A DNA stretch of 64,000 nucleotides from an uncultured Clostridia bacterium. Its GTDB lineage: Bacteria; Bacillota; Clostridia; Christensenellales; DTU072. The position numbers and the translations under genes were made by a program. The notes under the pieces are model-generated. The model had not been told where the DNA came from and did no database searches. It saw only the letters and a list, made by a program, of their open reading frames with translations. Of the stretch, positions 36,718 to 47,319 are shown piece after piece (the first letter of the stretch is position 1; each line of letters begins with the position of its first letter). The stretch is from assembly GCA_944362765.1 (NCBI GenBank), contig CALVTP010000004.1:2250-66249 (forward strand), written 5' to 3'.

Positions 36718-38343
36718 ATGATAAATATCATTCCGCGTCCTCAATTTGCCGAGGAGCGCCTAGGAGAGTTCACCGTCACCCGCGACACCACCGTCTATGC
36801 CGACGACAGGCTGGCGTTTGCAAGGGACAGACTCATCGACGCCGTCGAAAACGCCTGCGGATTCAGGCTGCATGTCGCCGTCACCAAAAAAGCCGACATT
36901 CTCTTCGTTGTCGACCCGCATATAGCAAAAGAAGGTTACGTCCTCGAAGCCGATACCGAAAAAATGACTATCAGCGCTTCGCATATAGCGGGCGCATTCT
37001 ACGCAGTGCAAAGCTTCAGACAGATGACCTTGGCGGACATCATTTCAAACCCCGAAATGCTTTCGATGCACGCCGTCAAAATCGTCGACGAACCGAAGTA
37101 TCCTTACAGAGGTATCCTTTTTGACGAAGCGCGCTATTTCCACGGTGCCGACGTCGTCAAGACCCTTCTGGACATGATGGCGCTATACAAACTAAACGTT
37201 CTGCACTGGCACCTTACCGACAACGAGGGATGGCGCATAGAGATAAAAAAGTATCCCAAATTGATTGAAATAGGATCCCATAGACGTGGTTCTCAAAATC
37301 TCTCGTGGGGGAACAAATCGATAGACTGGACGGAGCACGACGGCTACTATACCCAAAGCGAGATAAAGGAAATCGTGTCATATGCGGCGAAGCTGAATAT
37401 CATGATAGTCCCGGAAATCGATATGCCCGCGCATATGGGCGCGGCGATCGCGTCGTATCCCGAGCTCAGCTGTTCCGACATTCATATGCAGGTTCCGATA
37501 ATCCACGGCGGTACCCCCGAAAGCAACGGTATCGGCGACATTATCGCCTGTGCGGGGAAGGAGACCACCTATAAATTTATCTACGACATAATCGACGAAC
37601 TGGCTTTGCTGTTCCCCGCTCCGTATTTCCACATAGGCGGCGACGAAGCTCCCAAGAAGGAGTGGAAGAAGTGCCCGCATTGTCAGAAGACGATGGAAAA
37701 AGAGGGGTTGAAGGACGAAGAGGAGCTTCAGGGCTACTTCAACAATAAAATAGCCGTCTATCTTTCCAGGAAGGGAAAGCGCATGATAGGCTGGAACGAA
37801 ATTCTGAAAGCAGGGATGCTCGAAAACAGTGTCATCGCCGAATATTGGACGCCGCAAAAGGATTCCGCCGTCGGCGAGTATCTGGAGGCGGGGAAAAACG
37901 TCATCGTCGCAAAGCATCAGGCATTCTATTTCGACATGCCTTATGCTCAGAACAGATTGAAGACCACATACAAATTCACCCCCGAAAAGTACGGACTCAA
38001 AGCCGAAACGGGCGGTATCCTCGGTATGGAAGGCGCCGTCTGGACGGAGTGGATCGCCACCGAAGAACGGGTCTGGTACCAGCTTTTCCCGAGGATGCAG
38101 GCACTGTCGGAAGTGGCTTGGACGGACGAAAAGCTTCGCAACTACCGCGATTTCTCGGCACGCCTCAAACGCGCTCTTCCGATGTTTGATAAATTTGGGA
38201 TAGACTATTGCCCGAGTTCGATGTGGAATCCGAAAAATCCGCTGAAACGGGCAAAGATAATGCGTTCCTTCTACAAAAACAACGCGCATATCGAATACAA
38301 CCGCGCGGTGCTCATCCGGAAACGGAGAAGATATAAACTTTAA
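36718..38343 (+). CDS. beta-N-acetylhexosaminidase (GH20), no signal peptide
   Basis: YRGILFDEAR, HWHLTDNEGWR, PEIDMPAH, HIGGDE, FPR. Confidence 0.92.
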   Translation: MINIIPRPQFAEERLGEFTVTRDTTVYADDRLAFARDRLIDAVENACGFRLHVAVTKKADILFVVDPHIAKEGYVLEADTEKMTISASHIAGAFYAVQSFRQMTLADIISNPEMLSMHAVKIVDEPKYPYRGILFDEARYFHGADVVKTLLDMMALYKLNVLHWHLTDNEGWRIEIKKYPKLIEIGSHRRGSQNLSWGNKSIDWTEHDGYYTQSEIKEIVSYAAKLNIMIVPEIDMPAHMGAAIASYPELSCSDIHMQVPIIHGGTPESNGIGDIIACAGKETTYKFIYDIIDELALLFPAPYFHIGGDEAPKKEWKKCPHCQKTMEKEGLKDEEELQGYFNNKIAVYLSRKGKRMIGWNEILKAGMLENSVIAEYWTPQKDSAVGEYLEAGKNVIVAKHQAFYFDMPYAQNRLKTTYKFTPEKYGLKAETGGILGMEGAVWTEWIATEERVWYQLFPRMQALSEVAWTDEKLRNYRDFSARLKRALPMFDKFGIDYCPSSMWNPKNPLKRAKIMRSFYKNNAHIEYNRAVLIRKRRRYKL

Positions 38344-38345
38344 AT

Positions 38346-38789
38346 ATGCCCAAACTCCTTCTTGCCTCCGGCAGGATAGGTACGGAGGCGTTGCACACGC
38401 ATATCCGCATTCCGTTCAGGCTTACCGAAGCAGTCGAGGAGCTTTCGATAAATTATTCCTATTCGCCGAAAAAGTACTTCGGCGAAGATGCATATTCGAT
38501 GGCGTACGCCGCCTTCAAACGGAGTTATCCCGAGTCGGAACCGATTTTTAAGGAAGTTGTGGACAGGGAACTTCCGCTGAACAACCACATCACCTTTTCG
38601 CTGGAAAAAGACGGCGTACTGCTCGGTACGGCGCACAGGCACTCCCCCCGGAACACCTTTAAAATTTCCGAAAAACAGGCAAGCTATGGCTTTTATCCGC
38701 AAAAACTCCTCCCCGGGGAGTATTTTGCGGTGCTCTCGGTGCATGCCGTGTTGGAACCCGTAGAATACACGCTGGAGGTCGAAGTATGA
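38346..38789 (+). CDS. hypothetical protein, coupled to the PHP gene
   Basis: Tight packing (2-bp gap upstream, ATGA overlap downstream); no recognised motif. Confidence 0.7.
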   Translation: MPKLLLASGRIGTEALHTHIRIPFRLTEAVEELSINYSYSPKKYFGEDAYSMAYAAFKRSYPESEPIFKEVVDRELPLNNHITFSLEKDGVLLGTAHRHSPRNTFKISEKQASYGFYPQKLLPGEYFAVLSVHAVLEPVEYTLEVEV

Positions 38790-39463
38790 GGTATTATCCC
38801 TTCGAACTCCATTGCCACACGGTGCATTCGGACGGTTCGTTTACACCGGAAGAGCTCGTCAAAGCTGCCAAGGCGCGCGGATTAAGCGGCATTGCTCTTA
38901 CGGACCACAACACCGCGTCGGGTGTTGCGGAAGCCGTCGAATACGGCAAAAAATACGGCGTTTTGGTGATACCGGGTATCGAGTGGACGACATTCTACGG
39001 GCATATCACGATATTGGGCGGACACTCCGATATCAATTGGACGACAGTCTCCCCCGAGACGGTGACGGAGAAATTGATAAAAGCCCGCGCCGCGGGGGAC
39101 GTCGCGATACTGGCGCATCCGTACCGCGTCGGATACCCGGTCTGCACCGGCGGGATGAACGAATTTCCGAAAGAGATATTCTCCGTTCTGGACGGTTACG
39201 AGGCAATTTCCGAGGACGTCGGAAAGCCCACCAACATTCGTCAGACCGAGGAATATTACAGACTTGTAAGCGAAGGATATTCTCTGTCCGCCGTATACGG
39301 CAGGGATTGGCACAGAAACTCCGAAGGTAAGTTTGCGGTAACCGAACTTGGCATTTCGGGGGACTTAAACGTAGAAAACGCGCTCGACGCCATTCGTTCG
39401 GGGCGCACAAAAATAACTTGCGGCAGCGGCGAATTACTTGTCACTGTCAAATACGGAGGGTAA
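38786..39463 (+). CDS. PHP-domain metallohydrolase
   Basis: ELHCHTVHSDG, ALTDHN, GIEWTTFYGH, AHP, DWH. Confidence 0.88.
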   Translation: MRYYPFELHCHTVHSDGSFTPEELVKAAKARGLSGIALTDHNTASGVAEAVEYGKKYGVLVIPGIEWTTFYGHITILGGHSDINWTTVSPETVTEKLIKARAAGDVAILAHPYRVGYPVCTGGMNEFPKEIFSVLDGYEAISEDVGKPTNIRQTEEYYRLVSEGYSLSAVYGRDWHRNSEGKFAVTELGISGDLNVENALDAIRSGRTKITCGSGELLVTVKYGG

Positions 39464-39467
39464 CGAC

Positions 39468-40106
39468 ATGATAACTGCACACGGCGGCGCTTTGGGCACC
39501 GGAAGAAACAGTCTGAAGTACTTCGAAGAGATGGAAAAGCATCCCGAGTTCGAAGCCATCGAAGTCGACATCCGCCGCGCGGGCGGCAAGCTTTGGTTGG
39601 GGCATGTAATAGTGCCTTTTTCGAAGGAGAAACGCATTCCTTTGGAGTTCGTTTTCGAATTTTGCAAGCGTACGGGAAAACGCGTCAACTGCGACGTCAA
39701 AGGGCGCGGGATGGTGCATGACGTTGTAAAAATCGCAAAGGATTTGAACGCCGTCGAGTATATTTACTTCACCGGCGCGGTGTCGAAGCATGAAATTCCC
39801 GATCTCGGCGGGGCGATAGCGTACCTGAATAACTCTTTTTATCCGTATTCGTTGAGGGACGCCAACGTTCCTGCGATAAAGGAGTATATCGCCTCTTTCA
39901 AAGCCCCCGGAATAAAGGGGTTGAATGTCAACTATAAGTTTGCCGACGAGAGGGTGCGCGAGGCGGTGACGAAGGCGGGTCTGGGACTGTCGGTTTTCAC
40001 CGTCGACGATCTTGACGCGCTGCAAAAGATAGTCAATTCCGGTTACGACAACGTCACTACCAACGAGCCCGTGAAGGCGTACGAATTTCTCGGTAAACAA
40101 GCGTGA
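39468..40106 (+). CDS. glycerophosphodiester phosphodiesterase-family protein
   Basis: ITAHGG, IEVDIR, LGH, DVK, VFTVDD, VTTNEP. Confidence 0.82.
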   Translation: MITAHGGALGTGRNSLKYFEEMEKHPEFEAIEVDIRRAGGKLWLGHVIVPFSKEKRIPLEFVFEFCKRTGKRVNCDVKGRGMVHDVVKIAKDLNAVEYIYFTGAVSKHEIPDLGGAIAYLNNSFYPYSLRDANVPAIKEYIASFKAPGIKGLNVNYKFADERVREAVTKAGLGLSVFTVDDLDALQKIVNSGYDNVTTNEPVKAYEFLGKQA

Positions 40107-41248
40107 AAAAATTTATAGTGGTAGGCGTGGGGCGGATGGGCTCCGTGCACGCCGACAACTTATATAAAGGAAGGGTGAAGGGAGCTACCCTTATAGGGGT
40201 GGTCGACAGCTCCCCCGAAGCGCTCGCGGCTTTTACGAAAAAGCACGGGACGCCCGCGTTTAAGGAGCTTGACGAGTGTCTTGAAAAGCTCTCTCCCGAC
40301 GCCGCAGTCATCGCCACTCCGCACTACTCACACGTGCCGATAGCGATAAAGCTTTTGGAAAGAGGGGTGTCGGTACTCACCGAAAAGCCCGAAGCCGTCG
40401 AAATAAAGGAAGCGATGAGGCTTAACGAGACTGCCCGAAAGCACCCGGAGCTTCTTTTCGGGATAGTCTACAACCAAAGGACGAATCCCTGTTATCGCTT
40501 CGCAAAAGAGATAATCGAAGGGGGCGGCATAGGTAAAATCAAGCGCGTTACGCTGATAATAACCGATTGGTACCGCTCTCAGCACTACTACGATATGGGC
40601 GGCTGGCGCGCCTCGTGGACGGGCGAAGGGGGCGGTCTGATGATAAATCAATGCGTCCATCAGCTGGATGTGTTGCAGTGGCTTGTGGGACTTCCGGAGT
40701 CGGTCGACGCCGAGGCGGGCACCAAAGGACGGGACATCTTCGTAGAAAACGAAGTCAACGTCCGTATGCGCTATCCGGGCGGAGCCGAGGGTACTTTCAT
40801 CGCTTCCGCGCACGAATTGAAAGGCACCAACATCTTGGAGATAGCGGGAGACAAAGGTAAGCTTTCGGTGGGGAAATACGCCGCAAAGTATTATAAGTTC
40901 ACGCCGTCGGAAGAGGAAGTAAACGCCACCGCCAAAAAGGGTTACGGCTCGGCTAAAATCAGCCGCCGCACCAGGCGCTACGGGCTTTTCAGACTTCTTC
41001 GCGACGCCCTGTACGGGCAGCAGATGCGGGTGTTGGAGGGCTTTACGAAGGCGTTGAACGGCGACGGATCGGCGCTTGTGGCGGACGGAAAGGAAGGTAT
41101 TAAGGCTCTTTCGTTCATAAACTCCGTCTATTTGTCGGCGTATACCGGGAAAGCCGTCTGCTGTCCGCCGGACGCCGAGGAATACTCCGAATGTCTCGAA
41201 AGGATGAAAACAGACGAGAGGGAAGGGGTGCGTTCCTTTGACAGATAA
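40103..41248 (+). CDS. Gfo/Idh/MocA-family oxidoreductase
   Basis: GVGRMG, ATPHYSH, EKP, GGGLMINQCVHQLD; GTGA overlap with the upstream gene. Confidence 0.9.
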   Translation: MKKFIVVGVGRMGSVHADNLYKGRVKGATLIGVVDSSPEALAAFTKKHGTPAFKELDECLEKLSPDAAVIATPHYSHVPIAIKLLERGVSVLTEKPEAVEIKEAMRLNETARKHPELLFGIVYNQRTNPCYRFAKEIIEGGGIGKIKRVTLIITDWYRSQHYYDMGGWRASWTGEGGGLMINQCVHQLDVLQWLVGLPESVDAEAGTKGRDIFVENEVNVRMRYPGGAEGTFIASAHELKGTNILEIAGDKGKLSVGKYAAKYYKFTPSEEEVNATAKKGYGSAKISRRTRRYGLFRLLRDALYGQQMRVLEGFTKALNGDGSALVADGKEGIKALSFINSVYLSAYTGKAVCCPPDAEEYSECLERMKTDEREGVRSFDR

Positions 41249-41340
41249 CGAAGCTTTTTTATCGATAATCTGAATTTTATCGGTAAATTAATGCGAAACG
41301 GAGATAAATTGCCGCCGACGTCGGCGGCGAGGAGGGAACT

Positions 41341-43281
41341 ATGGCTAAACAAAGTTTCGACAACGGCGCTCTCGTATACGAAGGCGATTTTCACGAGAGA
41401 TGTTTTTACGACATCTCCAACAATCTGCTGACTGCTCAATTCGACGGCAGAGGCGCCGTTTCGAAGTACGCCGTCGTCAACAAGTGGGATTTCATCGAGT
41501 GCTACTTCAACCAGATGTCGGTAAACGGCGAGCCTCTTGATTTCTATGCGCCGAAACGCGTCGTGATGACGGGGAGAATGCAGACCGCGGAAACGACTTT
41601 CGGCGGCGCGGAAATTGTCGTAAAACAGTTTGCGGATTCCGCCACGAACGCGCTGTTCACCGAGTTCGAGGTGACGGCAAAAGAGGGTGACGTCCGCTTT
41701 GAAAATACCGTAAATTTCGGGCTCAACATCACCTCGTGGATGAAGAACTTTTTCTCGGTGCGGTTTACGGCGCGGAATCTCATGCGGCTGATTTTCGGCA
41801 CGTTGTGCTCGGAGATAAAAGGGCACAAAAAGACCGAAAAACGTGAAAATATGCTGGTTATCCGCAACACGGTGATCGAAAATTTCTACTTCGATTTCGC
41901 CGTCACCGGCGAGGCGGAAGCACTGGAAAGCAATCACCTTTACATCAACCAGTTTGCCTCTTCGATAACGGTAAGGAAGGGAGAGACGGGGAGACTGCGC
42001 ATGGTGCTTTCCGCGGGCACGAAGAAGGACTTTTCCTATTGCGACGTAGCCGAATGCATGGAGAATTTCGACTCGTCCCTGGCTCAGGCAAAGGAATACA
42101 TCGACAAAATGCCTCTTCCGGAAAAGGCGGAAAGCGACTTTGAAAAAGCCTATTTCCGCTCCCTTCACAACACCGCAGTTTCGTTATACAAGGAGGTCGG
42201 CGATTTTAAAGGCTTTATCGCCGGCATCGTCTACCAGTCGCCGGCAAGAACTTATTACCGCGACGGCTACTGGACGGCGATATCGGTGCTGAAGGATCGC
42301 CCGGAATTGGTCAGAAACGAAGTGCTGACGCTCGCAAAGGGTATCGACAGGGACGGGAAGTGCCCCTCCGCCGTCAAGTTCAACTTCCGCAATTGGTGGG
42401 GGAATCACTATGATTCGCCCTCGTTTTTCGCGATTTTGTTGTACGATTACGTGCGCCTGACCGGCGATAAAGGCATTCTGCAAGAGCGCGCCGGCAGGAA
42501 TACCGTTCTCGAATCCGCCGTAAAGGTGGTCGAAAAGCTGTCCGAGTACGCAGACGAAACGGGGCTGCTTTACAAGAAAGGTCCGTATAATCGCCGCGAC
42601 TGGTGCGACAACGTCTTCCGCGAGGGTTACGTCACCTACGACGAAGCGCTTTACGCAAGGGCGCTGTACGCTCTCCATAAGCTTTTAAAGGAGTCCGACC
42701 CCGCGCTTTCCGACAGATTCTTCAAACGGCATAAAGCAGTCGTTAAAGCCATAAACGATATACTTTGGGATCCCGAACTCGGGTATTACGTAAACTATAA
42801 AAACGAAAATTATACAGAGAAGAACCTTTCGATAGACACCGTAACGACGGTATTGTACGGCGTCGCGACAGAGGAGAGGGCGCGCTCGGTACTTCAAAAC
42901 ATGGAGCGCACGCTGGAATCTAAAAACAATTCCCTGCAGAAGGCGGGAGACTTCGGCGTGCTCTCCGTCTACCCGTTCTACAAGCCGGACAGGTCGGTGG
43001 TTTTGAAATCCTCGCTTCCGTACTATTATCATAACGGCGGCGACTGGCCATATCTTTCCGCCGCTTACGCCTACGCAAAACTGATGTACGGCATGGAATA
43101 CCAATATCCGCTGACGCGCTGGTTTGAATACAATCTCGCAAAGGGGAATTTCACCCCCGTCGAATTTTTCGCGCCGCCGCACCCGGACGGCTCGCTGCTG
43201 CAGGGGTGGTCGGCTCTCGGTCAGCTGGCGTACTCCTACCCCGAGGGCGACTTTTTCTCCGACCGCGACCCGGCGGAATGA
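41341..43281 (+). CDS. six-hairpin (alpha/alpha)6 glycoside hydrolase-like protein
   Basis: YYRDGYW, DSPSFF..LLYDY, DWCD, YHNGGDWPY, QGWS; subfamily not assignable. Confidence 0.72.
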   Translation: MAKQSFDNGALVYEGDFHERCFYDISNNLLTAQFDGRGAVSKYAVVNKWDFIECYFNQMSVNGEPLDFYAPKRVVMTGRMQTAETTFGGAEIVVKQFADSATNALFTEFEVTAKEGDVRFENTVNFGLNITSWMKNFFSVRFTARNLMRLIFGTLCSEIKGHKKTEKRENMLVIRNTVIENFYFDFAVTGEAEALESNHLYINQFASSITVRKGETGRLRMVLSAGTKKDFSYCDVAECMENFDSSLAQAKEYIDKMPLPEKAESDFEKAYFRSLHNTAVSLYKEVGDFKGFIAGIVYQSPARTYYRDGYWTAISVLKDRPELVRNEVLTLAKGIDRDGKCPSAVKFNFRNWWGNHYDSPSFFAILLYDYVRLTGDKGILQERAGRNTVLESAVKVVEKLSEYADETGLLYKKGPYNRRDWCDNVFREGYVTYDEALYARALYALHKLLKESDPALSDRFFKRHKAVVKAINDILWDPELGYYVNYKNENYTEKNLSIDTVTTVLYGVATEERARSVLQNMERTLESKNNSLQKAGDFGVLSVYPFYKPDRSVVLKSSLPYYYHNGGDWPYLSAAYAYAKLMYGMEYQYPLTRWFEYNLAKGNFTPVEFFAPPHPDGSLLQGWSALGQLAYSYPEGDFFSDRDPAE

Positions 43282-43342
43282 AAAATGAAAGATATTTCGT
43301 GAAATTTTCATCCGAATTGCACGATAACTATCGGTAAAACCG

Positions 43343-43368
43343 AAAAAGCGTCGGAAACGGCGCTTTTT
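43343..43368. terminator. bidirectional-type terminator
   Basis: AAAAAGCGTCG-gaaa-CGGCGCTTTTT. Confidence 0.8.
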
Positions 43369-43418
43369 ATTTGCATGAAAGAAGGGAGAATTTTTTGCAA
43401 ATTTCCGCCAAATAGCTA

Positions 43419-43447
43419 TTGATTTTTCCGCGCGCTTATTTTATAAT
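43419..43447 (+). promoter_or_regulatory. sigmaA promoter of the Ig-repeat lipoprotein
   Basis: TTGATT, 17 bp (contains CGCGCG), TATAAT. Confidence 0.7.
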
Positions 43448-43475
43448 ATAAATAATTAATAAAGGCGGAGCCGAA

Positions 43476-46400
43476 ATGCGCAGAAAGATTTTGATGACAT
43501 TGCTTCTTTCAGTATGCATCGCCCTGACGGGGGCGGCGCTTTTTGCGTGCACCACATTCGAATCTTCGACCGACAAGGTGGCTTCCGTAGTTTTGAACAA
43601 TTATCCTTCTCAGTCCGTTACGGTCTATCAGAACGAGACTCCCGGGTTTGATGACTGCACTTTGCTGGTGACTTACGAATCCGGCAGGACGGCGGTAGTG
43701 CCGTTCGACGACCCCGGGGTGGAATTTTCCGGGCTCGCCACTCAAAACGCCGGCGAACAGACCTATACCGTTTCCTACGGCGGCAAATCCACGGTGGCAT
43801 TCGTTACCGTAATGCCGCTGGTAATAGAAAACATCGAAATAAGGGAGCGCCCCGAAACGATAATCGTCGTCGAAGGAAACGCTTTCGAGCCGTCCGGTAT
43901 CTCGCTTGCCGTCAACTACACCAACGGCAGTTCCGTTGTGATAGCGAGGGTCGGCGCCGAGATGGTCAGCGGTTATTCGACTTCTTTGAAACCCGGGGAA
44001 CACACCGTCTACATCTCATACCACGGCGCAAGTCTGCCGCTGACGATAACGGTGGTGCCGAAAAGTCTCAATTCGGTAGAAGTCGACACCTCTCCGACGA
44101 AGACCGCCTATTATCAGGGCGAAGAGTTTATACCTTCGGGGCTGAAACTTAAACTCAACTACAATAACGGCTCCTCCGAAGTGGTCTCATACGGCGATAA
44201 CCCCTCCGCCTTCACATTCTCTCTCGACCACTATATGGATCCCGAGACTTTGAAATTTTTCTCTTCCTCCAACGGCAGCCGCGTGGCGATGACGGTGAAG
44301 TATCTCGGCGCGAACGGCGAGTATGCCGATTCGGGAGCGCAGGCATCTTTCGAGGTTGAGATCCGCTCGGTGGCTCCGGAGTCAATAGTGCTGGAGAAAC
44401 TGCCCAAGACCATCGGCTTCAAGACTCCCGAAAACGAGGGCGACCCGTATTACGAATCGTACAGAGGCGTTTCCGAACTTACCGACGTGGTCAGAGGCGA
44501 CGGCGTGGATTGGTCCACCGGCGCTTTCAGAGCTATTTATAACGACGGTTCCGTCGTGGAGAACATTCCGATGTCCGGTAACGACGTCTATCTTTACGTC
44601 AACGGCACCGCCGACAGCAACAGAATAACTTACAAGGACAATTACCGTTTCGACACCGTGGGCTCGATGACGATATACATCACCTACGGCTCGACGGGAA
44701 GCTTTATTCAGATAACCGTCAACGTCACTGCGCCCGATCCGATAGCGCTGGAAATCGACTACCTCGGGGCAAAACCGCTCGAAGAGGAGACGTTCTTTGA
44801 CGGAGACAGGCTCTCCACCGACAATCTCGTTTACAACGTCTTTTACAATAACGCCACCGAAAAGTTCGAAGAGGGCGAAGAGGGCGCCGTTACCGATCGG
44901 ATGCTGGCGGCGGGCGAGACCTTCACGCTGGTCTACAACGAACTCAACGACGAGGACGGCGATGGCGTTTCCGCCGAGAAAATCACGCTGACATATTCCG
45001 ACGAGGCTACCGGCGAGCGCGCCGTTACGTACGACATCAGATTGAATGTCACCGCGCTCGAAGCCCTCGACTACTTTTACAGTCTCCCGTATAAAAGCTC
45101 ATATCTCAAAAATTCCGCTTCTCTCGATTTTACCGGTTCTTCGCTGAAAGTGGAGATGAATTCCGGGGCGGTGGAGTATTTCCCGGTGTGGGACGAGACC
45201 GTTACCGAAAATTCGGTATATTGCGACGTTGACGGCAATGAGAAAACGGCAAGCGAAGTTTTCTCCGCCGCGGGCAGCTATATTCTGAAAATAAACTATG
45301 CGGGCGCAGAAGTGGTGTTCGAGTTCGAAGTCGTAGAGGAAGATGTCGGGACGCTGGCGCTTTACAGAAACGGTGCTCCCGTGGCGTCCGGACAGATTTA
45401 TGAATTTGCGTCTTATGAAGACTTTATCGCCGCCGAAGCGGGATTCGAACTCAGAATAACTGCCAATGGCGCCACTGCCACCGTTCAGTGGGCAGACAGC
45501 GACCTTGATGTAAAAGGTAAGGACGGCTCCGGCGAAAGGACGATGGCGTTTATCTATAAAGAATACGCCTACGCTCTTGTCGGCGTCAATTTCTACGGCA
45601 GCAGGCTGGCTTCGCTGGAAATACAGACCGCTCCCGAAAAAACCGTTTACGCCCCCGGCGAAGACTTCGATCCGCAGGGATTGATATTAAAAGCCGTCCA
45701 CGACAACGGCAACATCGGCACCGTCTCTTCTACGGACGCTTCGATACTTTACGGTGAACTGCCGAAATCGGTCGAAAGACCCACCCTTTATTCGCTCCCG
45801 ATAACATATCTCGGAACAATGACATATCTCGATATCGTCCTCGTTCCCGAGGGCGTCACCGCTGTGGGCATTAAATTGTCGGACGAAGGACGGGCGGAGG
45901 ACGCCGAGTACGACTTCCTCGTCACAAAATCGGAAAGCCTGATGTTTTACTATGTTTCGGAGTCCGGCACCGTCGAGGAGCCCCGCTTCGTGGTTTCGTT
46001 CAGCGACGGAAGCACTGTCGCGATACCGCTGAGGCAAGCTTTCGTGCCGTATTCGGCGGATTACATAAACCCCGGAGAAAATCCCGTGGTCTCCGTCAAT
46101 GTCCGCTTTAACGGGCTCACCACTCCGCTGACGCTGTATTTCAGCGACAGGGTGCTGACGAGTATAGAAGTTTTCGAGTATCCGTCGCGGCTTAACTATG
46201 TGGAAGGGCAGGCGCTTTCCGTGGAGGGCGGCTTTATCCGCAGATTTTACGATAACGGCGAGAGCGATATCATACCTATGACGAACGGATTCGTGACGGT
46301 CAGAGGGTATAACTCTTCTCCGTTCACGTCCGGCACTTACGGAAACTCGATGTCGCAGACCGTCGAATTGGTCTATCGCGGCGCCCGCACTACGTTCACG

Positions 46401-47264
46401 GTGACCACTTATAAGAAGCTGAATCCGCTGGTCGCCTCTTCTCCCGGCGACGACGGCGTAGACTATGGCGTGACGATAGCTAACATTTCGCTGGAATACG
46501 GAAATTTCGATCTGTCACCCGCGCCCCGGATCAATATCCCGATCGCGGACTTCAACGATTTCGTGCCCGATATGACGATAGAGTATTTGTTGGACGGCGT
46601 CTGGACCGATTCCGTTCCCGTCTATCCCGGGAAATATGAGATGAGGGTCATCGTAGAGGGTAACGAGTGCTTCAACGGCGCAGAACTTTCTATACCGTAC
46701 AGCTTCGAGCGTTACAACAGACTCCTGACCGTTACCGTCATCAACACCACCAAAGTTTACGGAAGCAGCGATCCCTCCGCTTACGATTTCGTCATAGACG
46801 AAGGCGATCTTTTGGAAGGCGACTCGGTGGAATTCAACTTCGTAAGAACTCCGGGAGAAGACGTCGGCTCTTATGACGTCACCGTCGAATTTGCTTCGGG
46901 AGAGGGCAATCAGAACGGCTATTATTTGCTGATCCCGGTAAAAGGCAGCCTGAATATCACTAAGCGCGTCGTCAATAACTCTTCGGGACAGCAGACGGTC
47001 ACGGTGAACTTCCGACCGCTTTCGACAACGCATTATCACGACGGTGTGTTCACCTACACCGGGGAGCCGATAGCGGGGTTTGAAATCACGTATATAGACG
47101 AGACGGGCGCAACCGTCATCGTGAACGCGAGAGACGTCGTTTACTACGACGGAGAAGGCAAAAGGCTCGAATCTCCGCCTAGGGAAAGGGGGTATTACGA
47201 GGTGAGGATCTCGGATAACTACTCCATCAACGGGTCGAACAGGTTCTCCTTCTCGATTAAGTGA
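43476..47264 (+). CDS. lipoprotein with bacterial Ig-like (Big_3-type) repeats and MBG-like domains
   Basis: Lipobox ALFAC; repeated units such as P.KT.Y..GE.F.P.GL.L...Y.NG; TKVYGSSDP. Confidence 0.85.
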   Translation: MRRKILMTLLLSVCIALTGAALFACTTFESSTDKVASVVLNNYPSQSVTVYQNETPGFDDCTLLVTYESGRTAVVPFDDPGVEFSGLATQNAGEQTYTVSYGGKSTVAFVTVMPLVIENIEIRERPETIIVVEGNAFEPSGISLAVNYTNGSSVVIARVGAEMVSGYSTSLKPGEHTVYISYHGASLPLTITVVPKSLNSVEVDTSPTKTAYYQGEEFIPSGLKLKLNYNNGSSEVVSYGDNPSAFTFSLDHYMDPETLKFFSSSNGSRVAMTVKYLGANGEYADSGAQASFEVEIRSVAPESIVLEKLPKTIGFKTPENEGDPYYESYRGVSELTDVVRGDGVDWSTGAFRAIYNDGSVVENIPMSGNDVYLYVNGTADSNRITYKDNYRFDTVGSMTIYITYGSTGSFIQITVNVTAPDPIALEIDYLGAKPLEEETFFDGDRLSTDNLVYNVFYNNATEKFEEGEEGAVTDRMLAAGETFTLVYNELNDEDGDGVSAEKITLTYSDEATGERAVTYDIRLNVTALEALDYFYSLPYKSSYLKNSASLDFTGSSLKVEMNSGAVEYFPVWDETVTENSVYCDVDGNEKTASEVFSAAGSYILKINYAGAEVVFEFEVVEEDVGTLALYRNGAPVASGQIYEFASYEDFIAAEAGFELRITANGATATVQWADSDLDVKGKDGSGERTMAFIYKEYAYALVGVNFYGSRLASLEIQTAPEKTVYAPGEDFDPQGLILKAVHDNGNIGTVSSTDASILYGELPKSVERPTLYSLPITYLGTMTYLDIVLVPEGVTAVGIKLSDEGRAEDAEYDFLVTKSESLMFYYVSESGTVEEPRFVVSFSDGSTVAIPLRQAFVPYSADYINPGENPVVSVNVRFNGLTTPLTLYFSDRVLTSIEVFEYPSRLNYVEGQALSVEGGFIRRFYDNGESDIIPMTNGFVTVRGYNSSPFTSGTYGNSMSQTVELVYRGARTTFTVTTYKKLNPLVASSPGDDGVDYGVTIANISLEYGNFDLSPAPRINIPIADFNDFVPDMTIEYLLDGVWTDSVPVYPGKYEMRVIVEGNECFNGAELSIPYSFERYNRLLTVTVINTTKVYGSSDPSAYDFVIDEGDLLEGDSVEFNFVRTPGEDVGSYDVTVEFASGEGNQNGYYLLIPVKGSLNITKRVVNNSSGQQTVTVNFRPLSTTHYHDGVFTYTGEPIAGFEITYIDETGATVIVNARDVVYYDGEGKRLESPPRERGYYEVRISDNYSINGSNRFSFSIK

Positions 47265-47319
47265 GCGCAGAAAAAAATAAAAAACCTAATATATAGTGTT
47301 TAGGAGGTTATATATCACT

